Assembly: GCA_052327205.1 (NCBI GenBank)
Contig: CM126233.1
Span: 38,564,001 to 38,628,000, forward strand
Direction: 5' to 3'
Source: Somniosus microcephalus
Lineage: Eukaryota
DNA length: 64,000 nt
This document shows positions 1-10,500 of the stretch, piece after piece (position 1 is the first letter of the stretch; the number at the start of each line of letters is the position of its first letter). The notes under the pieces were generated by a model. It was not told where the DNA came from and searched no databases. It was given only the letters and a program-made list of their open reading frames with translations. Both the position numbers and the translations under genes were made by a program.

Positions 1-1480
1 AGGCAGCTGAAGGCACGGCCGCCAATGGTGGAGCGATTACAATCGGGGTTGCACGAGAGGCCAGAATTGGAGGAGTGCAGAGATCTCGAAGGGTTGTAGG
101 GCTGGAGTTGGTTACAGAGGGGGTGCCATGGACACGGGGTTGTAGGGCTGGAGGAGGTTACAGAGGGGGTGCCATGGACGCGGGGTTGTCAGGCTGGAGT
201 TGGTTACCGAGGGGGTGCCATGGACGCGGGGTTGTCGGGCTGGAGTTGGTTACCGAGGGGGTGCCATGGACACGGGGTTGTCGGGCTGGAGTTGGTTACC
301 GAGGGGGTGCCATGGACGCGGGGTTGTCGGGCTGGAGTTGGTTACAGAGGGGGTGCCATGGATGCGGGGTTGTCGGGCTGGAGGAGGTTACAGAGGGGGT
401 GCCATGGACACGGGGTTGTCGGGCTGGAGTTGGTTACCGAGGGGGTGCCATGGACGCGGGGTTGTCGGGCTGGAGGAGGTTACAGAGGGGGTGCCATGGA
501 CGCGGGGTTGTCGGGCTGGAGTTGGTTACAGAGGGGGTGCCATGGATGCGGGGTTGTCGGGCTGGAGGAGGTTACAGAGGGGGTGCCATGGATGCGGGGT
601 TGTGGGGCTGGAGGAGGTTACAGAGGGGGTGCCATGGATGCGGGGTTGTCGGGCTGGAGGAGGTTACAGAGGGGGTGCCATGGATGCGGGGTTGTCGGGC
701 TGGAGGAGGTTACAGAGGGGGTGCCATGGACGCGGGGTTGTCGGGCTGGAGGAGGTTACAGAGGGGGTGCCATGGACGCGGGGTTGTCGGGCTGGAGGAG
801 GTTACAGAGGGGGTGCCTTGGACGCGGGGTTGTCGGGCTGGAGGAGGTTACAGAGGGGGGTGCCATGGATGCGGGGTTGTCGGGCTGGAGGAGGTTACAG
901 AGGGGGTGCCATGGACGCGGGGTTGTGGGGCTGGAGGAGGTTACAGAGGGGGTGCCATGGACGCGGGGTTGTCGGGCTGGAGGAGGTTACAGAGGGGGTG
1001 TCATGGACGCGGGGTTGTCGGGCTGGAGGAGGTTACAGAGGGGGTGCCATGGACGCGGGGTTATAGGGCTGGAGTTGGTTACAGAGGGGGTGCCTTGGAC
1101 GCGTGGTTGTCGGGCTGGAGGAGGTTACAGAGGGGGTGCCATGGACGCGGGGTTGTCAGGCTGGAGTTGGTTACAGAGGGGGTGCCATGGACGCGGGGTT
1201 GTGGGGCTGGAGGAGGTTACAGAGGGGGTGCCATGGACGCGGGGTTGTCAGGCTGGAGTTGGTTACAGAGGGGGTGCCATGGACGCGGGGTTGTCGGGCT
1301 CGAGTTGGTTACAGAGGGGGTGTCATGGACGCGGATGAGAATTTTGAATTCGAGGTGTTGCCGGACCGGGAGCCAGTGTAGGTCAGAGAGCACGGGCGAT
1401 GGGTGAACGGGACTTGGTGCGAGTTAGGATACCGGTTTTAGATGAGCTTTACGGAGGGTGAAAGCGGGGAGGCCAGCCAG
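1..1480 (-). mobile_element. L2-clade LINE 3' fragment interrupted by internal tandem amplification
   Basis: 1-110 and 1334-1480 are colinear with the L2 copy at 35930-36240, whose minus strand reads LLQPYNP...[17 protein letters not shown]. Confidence 0.8.
91..1333. repeat. 46-bp tandem array, about 27 copies
   Basis: Unit GGGTTGTCGGGCTGGAGGAGGTTACAGAGGGGGTGCCATGGACGCG (catgg recurs at 541 and 587). Confidence 0.97.
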
Positions 1481-1511
1481 GCAAGCTGCACAGGAGGTTC
1501 CTTGTGCTTAC

Positions 1512-1544
1512 CTGTAGTTTTGCAAGTCAAGTTCATCCAAGACA
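1512..1544 (-). CDS. SNX22: SNX22 exon 5 (33-nt micro-exon)
   Basis: Strong acceptor ttccttttctttcag, donor GTAAGC, phase 2-2; (S)[10 protein letters not shown]. An 11-codon exon fits the recalled SNX22/24 sequence at this position. Confidence 0.75.
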
Positions 1545-4500
1545 CTGAAAGAAAAGGAATTATATTAGATCTTAATTGGCTAAGTGACTGGAAACAGAGT
1601 AGTGGTGAACAGTTTTTCAGACTGGAGGAAGGTCTACAGTGGTGTTCCCCAGGGGTCGGTTCTAGGACCACTGCTTTTCGTGATGTATGTTAATGACTTA
1701 GACTTGGGTGTGCAGGGCACAATTTCAAAATTTGCAGATGACATAAAACTTGGAAGTATAGTGAACAGTGAGGAGGATAGTGATAGACTTCAAGAGGACA
1801 GACAGGCTGGTGAAATGGGCAGACACGTGGCAGATGAAATTTAACACAGAAAAGTGCAAAGTGATACATTTTGGTTGAAAGAATTGGGAGAGGAAATATA
1901 AACTAAAGGGGGTGCAAGGACAGAGAGACCTGGGGGTATGTGTGCACAAATCATTGAAGGTGTCAGAGCAGGTTGAGAAAGTAGTTAAAAAAGCTTACAG
2001 GATTCTGGGCTTCATGAATAGAGGTATAGAGTACAAAAGTGTGGAAATTATGATGAACCTTTATAAAACACTGGTTCTGCCCCAACTGGAGTATTGTGTC
2101 CAATTCTGGGCATCGCACTTTAGGAAGGATGTGAGGCCTTAGAGAGGGTGCAGAAAAGATTTACGAGAATGATTCCAGGGATGAGGGACTTCAGTTACGT
2201 GGTTAGACTGGAGAAGCTGGGGTTGTTCTCCTTAGAACAGAGAAGATTACGAGGCGATTTAATAGAGGTGTTCAAAATCACGAGGGGTCTAGACAGAGTA
2301 GATAGAGAGAAACTGTTCCCATTGGCGGAAGGGTCGAGAACCAGAGGACACAGATTCAAGGTGATTGGCAAAAGAACCAAAGGCGACATGAGGAAAAACT
2401 TTTTTACGCAGCGAGTGGTTCAGATCTGGAATGCACTGCCTGAAAGGGCGGTGGAGGCAGATTCAATCCTGGCTTTCAAAAGGGAATTGGATAAGTATCT
2501 GAAGGAAATAAATTTGCAGGGCTACAGGGAAAGGGCGGGGGGGTGGGACTGGCTGAAATGCTCTTGCAGAGAGCCGGCACGGGCTCGACGGGCCTCCTTC
2601 CTTACTGTAACCATTCTATCAGAACAAAGTGACAGAAACAGAAAAACTCCAATCTCTATCACAAATTCTCTTGTCTGCACTACCTTGCTCAGTGCTCTCC
2701 TGAACTTTTCCTCTGTTATTCCTTGGCTCCTGATCCCCCATCCTGTACAATTGTTCCTTCCTAAAGTGTGGTGCCCAGAATTGGACACAATGCTCCAGCT
2801 GGGGCCTAACCAGTAATTTAAAGGTTTAGCAGAACTTCCCTCCTTTTGTACTCTGTGCCTTTATTTATGAAGCCCAGGATCCCGTATGCTTTAACAGCCT
2901 TCTCAACATGTCCTGCCACCTTCAATGATTTGTGTACATATCCCCCAGGTCTCTGTTCCAGCACTCCCTTTAAAATTGTACCCTTTAGTTTATGTTGCCT
3001 CCCCTCACTTCCCTCCATCCTTCCTACAATCTACAGGCGTTTGAAACCCAACTTGGAGATCTCGGAACCACTCCGCCATTTACCCAGATTTCACCTGGGC
3101 ACAGCTGTTACTGGACATCAGAACAGCGCACACTTCAAGTAGACGAGAAAACCATCCAAGGGGCAGAGTCAGGGGAGTCACCACAGACAGGACTGAGATC
3201 GATGGATCTTTGTTGGGTAAACGATGTGGAGCAAAGGTGGGTAAACAGAGTTGAGGAGGCTCGATGGGCTGAATGGCCTCCTGTCCCTGTGTCTATGGCC
3301 AAGGACCTGCTCGACACACACCGGGTCCGACACTTTTGGTTCTTGGACAGTACTGGGCTGCAACATTGCTGCTCCCACACCCCGTCGCACCGTAACCAGA
3401 GCCAGTGCCCCGTCGCACTGTATCCAGAGCCAGTGCCCCGTCGCACTGTATCCAGTGCCCCGTCGCACTGTAACCAGAGCCAGTGCCCCGTCGCACTAAC
3501 CAGAGCCAGTGCCCTGTCGCACTGTATCCAGTGCCCCGTCGCACTGTAACCAGAGCCAGTGCCCCGTCGCACCGTAACCAGAGCCAGTGCCCCGTCGCAC
3601 TGTAACCAGAGCCCCGTCGCACTGTAACCAGTGCCCCGTCGCACTGTAACCAGAGCCAGTGCCCCGTCGCACTGTAACCAGAGCCAGTGCCCCGTCGCAC
3701 TGTAACCAGAGCCAGTGCCCCGTCGCACTGTAACCAGTGCCCCGTCGCACTGTAACCAGAGCCAGTGCCCCGTCGCACTGTAACCAGAGCCAGTGCCCTG
3801 TCGCACTGTAACCAGAGCCAGTGCCCCGTCGCACTGTAACCAGTGCCCCGTCGCACTGTAACCAGAGCCAGTGCCCCGTCGCACTGTAACCAGAGCCCCG
3901 TCGCACTGTAACCAGAGCCAGTGCCCCATCGCACTGTAACCAGAGCCAGTGCCCCGTCGCACTGTAACCAGAGCCCCGTCGCACTGTATCCAGAGCCGGT
4001 GCCCCATCGCACTGTATCCAGAGCCAGTGCCCCGTCGCACTGTAACCAGAGCCGGTGCCCCATCGCACTGTAACCAGAGAGCTGTGGAGGCTGGGTCATT
4101 CAATATATTTGAATATATCCAAAGATGCACGACCCTCAGAGGTGTAGACGGGGAGGGGGGCGGGGGAAAGTGGGCTGTCCGGATTGTTTAAGTAGAGGGA
4201 CAAATATTGGCCAGGACACCAGGGAGAACTCCCCTGCTCTTCTTCGAAATAGTGTCATGGGATCTTTTACCGCCTGGGAGAGCAGACGGGGTCTCGATTT
4301 AACATCTCAGTTTAACGAAAGATGGCCCCTCTGACAGTGCGGCGCTCCCTCAGTACTGCCCCTCTGACAGTGCGGCGCTCCCTCAGTACTGCCCCTCTGA
4401 CAGTGCGGCGCTCCCTCAGTACCGCCCCTCCGACAGTGCGGCGCTCCCTCAGTACTGCCCCTCCGACAGTGCGGCGCTCCCTCAGTACTGCCCCTCCGAC

Positions 4501-7500
4501 AGTGCGGCGCTCCCTCAGTACTGCCCCTCCGACAGTGCGGCGCTCCCTCAGTACTGCCCCTCCGACAGTGCGGCGCTCCCTCAGTACTGCCCCTCCGACA
4601 GTGCGGCGCTCCCTCAGTACTGCCCCTCCGACAGTGCGGCGCTCCCTCAGTACTGCCCCTCTGACAGTGCGGCGCTCCCTCAGTACCGCCCCTCCGACAG
4701 TGCAGCGCTCCCTCAGTACTGTGCCTCCGACAGTGCAGATGCACTCGATGTCCAAAGCCCCAGGAATCCTCTGTTGGCCTGGCACTGGACCACACGTCAC
4801 TCCCGGGAACACGGAGCTGCCATTCCTCGGTGTGGCCACCAGGTGGAGCATTCGGCTTCGTGCAGTAAGTGGGAGATGGGGAAAAGCTCCAACACATCAG
4901 GGTCAAACGATCCCAGGCTTCAAATATAGTTAGTTATTTAGAGTCAAATAATTTGTGACTCTCTAACTGACCCTTCCAAGTCTCTCCGTCATAGGAGCAA
5001 AAGTCGGCCTCTCGAGCCTGCTCTGCCATTCAATAAGACCATGGCTGATCTTCTACCTCATCTCCACCTTCCCGCACTATCCCCATATCCCTTGATTCCC
5101 TTAATATTCAAAAATCTATCGATCTCTGTCTTGAATATACTCGGACTGAGCCTCCACAGCCCTCTGGGGTAGAGAATTCCAAAGATTCACCACCCTCTGA
5201 GTGAAGAAATTTCTCCTCATCTCAGTCCTAAATGGCCGACTCCTTATTCTGAGACTGTGACCCCTGGTTCTAGACTCCCCATTTCTCCTCTTCTAATCAC
5301 CTTATCCACCTCGATTAGATCACTCTTTAATCTTCAGTACACAAGGGATTACAAGCCTGGTCTCTGCAGTCTGTCCCCATATCGATGCCGTTTATCTGTC
5401 CTGCGGGCGTGCTCCCGGTGTCAATAATCAGCCCCGGAAAAGCAGGGAGTTGAATGTAAATGATTCCCAAGATCCAAGAGTGAGGGACTGACCTCAAAGT
5501 GTTTCTCTGCTTTCCGGACGGGATGTGTTTGATGCTGAGGAAGTCGAGGATCTCCCGGGGCACCTGCTGACTGTCACACACGAGGCCCTGTGTCCCAGAG
5601 AGAGAGAGCGGTCAGTGAACACAGGAAGCGTCCCATCTCCCTGCAAACCATTACATTCCCGGGCACACCAACAACATTCCCAGTCATGTTTTTGCGCCGT
5701 GCGGCCCCTTTAACAGGCTGTGCGGCCCATTCAAAATTCCATGCATGCACGGTTCCTTCAGTTTAAAAGCTGGCTCACCAGTTGTGCGGGACCTCGGAGC
5801 AGTGAAAGGAAAAACTGCCCACAATACTCGACCTGGTCACCTCCCCACTGCTTTCAAAACCCTTCTCTTGGGGTGCAGCGCTCCCTCGGTACTGCCCCTC
5901 CGACAGTGCAGCACTCCCTCAGTACTGCCCCTCCGACAGTGCGGCGCTCCCTCAGTACTGCCCCTCCGACAGTGCGGCGCTCCCTCAGTACTGCCCCTCC
6001 GACAGTGCGGCGCTCCCTCAGTACTGCCCCTCCGACAGTGCGGCGCTCCCTCAGTACTGCCCCTCCGACAGTGCGGCACTCCCTCAGTACTGCCCCTCCG
6101 ACAGTGCGGCACTCCCTCAGTACTGCCCCTCCGACAGTGCGGCGCTCCCTCAGTACTGCCCCTCCGACAGTGCGGCACTCCCTCAGTACTGCCCCTCCGA
6201 CAGTGCGGCACTCCCTCGGTACTGCCCCTCCGACAGTGCAGCACTCCCTCAGTACTGCCCCTCCGACAGTGCGGCGCTCCCTCAGTACTGCCCCTCCGAC
6301 AGTGCGGCGCTCCCTCAGTACTGCCTCTCCGACAGTGCGGCGCTCCCTCAGTACTGCCTCTCCGACAGTGCGGCGCTCCCTCAGTACTGCCTCTCCGACA
6401 GTGCGGCGCTCCCTCAGTACTGCCCCTCCGACAGTGCGGCACTCCCTCAGTACTGCCCCTCCGACAGTGCAGCGCTCCCTCAGTACTGCCCCTCCGACAG
6501 TGCGGCGCTCCCTCAGTACTGCCCCTCCGACAGTGCGGCGCTCCCTCAGTACTGCCCCTCCGACAGTGCGGCGCTCCCTCAGTACTGCCCCTCTGACAGT
6601 GCGGCACTCCCTCAGTACTGCCCCTCCGACAGTGCAGCGCTCCCTCAGTACTGCCCCTCCGACAGTGCGGCGCTCCCTCAGTACTGCCTCTCCGACAGTG
6701 CGGCGCTCCCTCAGTACTGCCCCTCCGACAGTGCGGCGCTCCCTCAGTACTGCCCTGGGCCCCTCTCTCTGGGTCTCACCTGTAAATATGCCTCCAATCC
6801 CGTCCTCTTCTGCTCCAGGGCCTTGGGACGCCGATTCAGGCCTCGCTTCGGGGGGAAGTCAGGTGTTTTTGTTGTCTTTTTCAACTGTTGGAAACAGAAA
6901 CAAGAAAAGAGCCTCAACCTGGGAACAGCCAGCCGAGCGAGACCCCTCACAGCAGGGCTGCACCGTGAGGGGGTGCAGAGACAGCCACCGTGGGGCAGGG
7001 AGGGCCCAGCGAGACCCCTCACAGCGGGGCTGCACCGTGAGGGGGTGCAGAGACAGCCACTGTGGGGCAGGGAGGGCACTGCCTTCTACCAACGGACCAT
7101 GATCGTCGTCTACCCCGGGTGAGATGCCCACAACAATGGGGGTAGCGCCCATGCGGTACTGTATGTGGGAGCAAGCCCACCTGTTGCCCCCTCAGCTCCA
7201 TTAGCCGGGGAGACGGGGCTGGGCTGGGTGTTTGTGTGCGGTCACGGGGGGTCAGCTCTATCACCGACTCTGCTGTGTTGTGTTACCGTGCTAATTTTGC
7301 CTGCACTCAAATAAACCTGTAACTCGAGCCCGCTGACAGCACAGGGCTGCAAGTAGGTCTTGCTTCCAAGACATTCCTTCACTGGCACCAGGGTCCCGCA
7401 CTCCCCGGTCACAATCTGCTCGCTGCCAACGTCAGGACTGTTATAACCAGGACCGAGAGCAGCACTGGAATCTGTCCAAAGTCCCGCAGACAGACTGCAG

Positions 7501-10500
7501 GCAAGTGACCTCCCAGGAATGGGCACCACGAACACAGCCAGCTCATCAAACTAAAGGGATTAGTCCGAGAAATGTTAGTGCCAGGGAATGGAACACTCTC
7601 CTACTTTAAACACAGTCGCAATACAGAGCCCACCCAGGGCAGGTACAGCACGGGTTAGATACAGAGTAAAGCTCCCTCTACACTGTCCCATCAAACACTC
7701 CCAGGGCAGGTACAGCACAGGTTAGATACAGAGTAAAGCTCCCTCTACACTGCCCCCTCAAACACTCCCGGGGCAGATACAGCACGGGTTAGATACAGAG
7801 TAAAGCTCCCTCTACACTGTCCCATCAAACACTCCCAGGGCAGGTACAGCACGGGTTAGATACAGAGTAAAGCTCCCTCCACACTGTCCCATCAAACACT
7901 CCCAGGGCAGGTACAGCACGGGTTAGATACAGAGTAAAGCTCCCTCTACACTGCCCCATCAAACACTCCCAGGGCAGGTACAGCACGGGTTAGATACAGA
8001 GTAAAGCTCCCTCTACACTGCCCCATCAAACACTCCCAGGGCAGGTACAGCACGGGTTAGATACAGAGTAAAGCTCCCTCTACACTGTCCCATCAAACAC
8101 TCCCAGGGCAGGTACAGCACGGGTTAGATACAGAGTAAAGCTCCCTCTACACTGCCCCATCAAACACTCCCAGGGCAGGTACAGCACGGGTTAGATACAG
8201 AGTAAAGCTCCCTCTACACTGTCCCATCAAACACTCCCAGGGCAGGTACAGCACGGGTTAGATACAGAGTAAAGCTCCCTCTACACTGTCCCATCAAACA
8301 CTCCCGGGGCAGGTACAGCACGGGTTAGATACAGAGTAAAGCTCCCTCCACACTGTCCCATCAAACACTCCCGGGGCAGGTACAGCACGGGTTAGATACA
8401 GAGTAAAGCTCCCTCTACACTGTCCCATCAAACACTCCCAGGGCAGGTACAGCACGGGTTAGATACAGAGTAAAGCTCCCTCCACACTGTCCCATCAAAC
8501 ACTCCCGGGGCAGGTACAGCACGGGTTAGATACAGAGTAAAGCTCCCTCTACACTGTCCCATCAAACACTCCCAGGGCAGGTACAGCACAGGTTAGATAC
8601 AGAGTAAAGCTCCCTCTACACTGCCCCCTCAAACACTCCCGGGGCAGATACAGCACGGGTTAGATACAGAGTAAAGCTCCCTCTACACTGTCCCATCAAA
8701 CACTCCCAGGGCAGGTACAGCACGGGTTAGATACAGAGTAAAGCTCCCTCTACACTGTCCCATCAAACACTCCCGGGGCAGATACAGCACGGGTTAGATA
8801 CAGAGTAAAGCTCCCTCTACACTGTCCCATCAAACACTCCCGGGGCAGGTACAGCACGGGTTAGATACAGAGTAAAGCTCCCTCTACACTGTCCCATCAA
8901 ACACTCCCAGGGCAGGTACAGCACGGGTTAGATACAGAGTAAAGCTCCCTTTACATTGTCCTATCAAACACTCCCAGGGCAGGTACAGCACGGGTTAGAT
9001 ACAAGGGGTTTCTGCTCCGGACTCACCTTTTTGTGAAGGGCTTGGAAGTCTCGGTACCGACGATCCACCGAGTGCTTCCGCCCATTGGTGAGAACCTCGA
9101 CCCGGAAAACCTGCAACAAGAAACAGTGTTAGTGGCTGCAGCCTCGGGACACGGGGAACTGACCGACTCCGGCCTCGGGGAACTGACCGACTCCGGCCTC
9201 GGGGAACTGACCGACTGCGGCCTCGGGACACGGGGAACTGACCGACTCCGGCCTCGGGGAACTGACCGACTGCGGCCTCGGGGAACTGACCGACCCCGGC
9301 CTCGGGACACAGGGAACTGACCGACTCCGGCCTCGGGGAACTGACCGACTCCGGCCTCGGGACACGGGGAACTGACCGACTCCGGCCTCGGGACACGGGG
9401 AACTGACCGACTCCGGCCTCGGGGAACTGACCGACTCCGGCCTCGGGACACGGGGAACTGACCGACTCCGGCCTCGGGACACGGGGAACTGACCGACTCC
9501 GGCCTCGGGACACGGGGAACTGACCGACTGCGGCCTCGGGGAACTGACCGACTCCGGCCTCGGGCCTCGGGGAACTGACCGACTCGGGCCTCGGGGAACT
9601 GACCCACTCCGGCCTCGGGGAACTGACCCACTCCGGCCTCGGGGAACTGACCCACTCCGGCCTCGGGGAACTGACCCACTCCGGCCTCGGGGAACTGGGA
9701 ACTGACCCACTCCGGCCTCGGGGAACGGGGAACTGACCGACTCGGGCCTCGGGACACAGGGAACTGACCGACTCCGGCCTCGGGGAACTGACCGACTCCG
9801 GCCTCGGGGAACTGACCGACTCCGGCCTCGGGGAACTGACTGACTCCGGCCACGGGGAACTGACCCACTCCGGCCTCGGGGAACGGGGAACTGACCCACT
9901 CCGGCCTCGGGGAACGGGGAACTGACCGACTCGGGCCTCGGGACACAGGGAACTGACCCACTCCGGCCTCGGGGAACTGACCCACTCCGGCCTCCGGGAA
10001 CGGGGAACTGACCGACTCCGGCCTCGGGACACGGGGAACTGACCGACTCCGGCCTCGGGACTCGGGGAACTGACTCACTCCGGCCTCGGGGAACTGACCG
10101 ACTCCGGCCTCGGGGAACTGACCGACTCCGGCCTCGGGACACGGGGAACTGACCGACTCTGGCCTCGGGACACGGGGAACTGACCGACTCCGGCCTCGGG
10201 GAACTGACCGACTCCGGCCTCGGGGAACTGACCGACTCCGGCCTCGGGACACGTGGAACTGACCGACTCCGGCCTCGGGGAACTGACCGACTCCGGCCTC
10301 GGGGAACTGACCGACTCCGGCCTCGGGGAACTGACCGACTCCGGCCTCGGGACACGGGGAACTGACCGACTCCGGCCTCGGGGAACTGACCGACTCCGGC
10401 CTCGGGGAACTGACCGACTCCGGCCTCGGGGAACTGACCGACTCCGGCCTCGGGACACGGGGAACTGACCGACTCCGGCCTCGGGACACGGGGAACTGAC

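Noticed and set aside
75-6607. Repetitive ORFs in the 46-, 28- and 33-bp arrays
   Set aside because: Open in several frames and on both strands because the units lack stops; two of the units derive from L2 or SINE sequence
3378-6752. V(D)J recombination signal heptamers (ACAGTG in units)
   Set aside because: The essential CAC start and a correctly spaced nonamer are missing, and there are no Ig/TCR segments
7632-9003. CRISPR-like periodicity (67 bp, and the 28-33 bp arrays)
   Set aside because: Head-to-tail units with no unique spacers, no cas genes, vertebrate context
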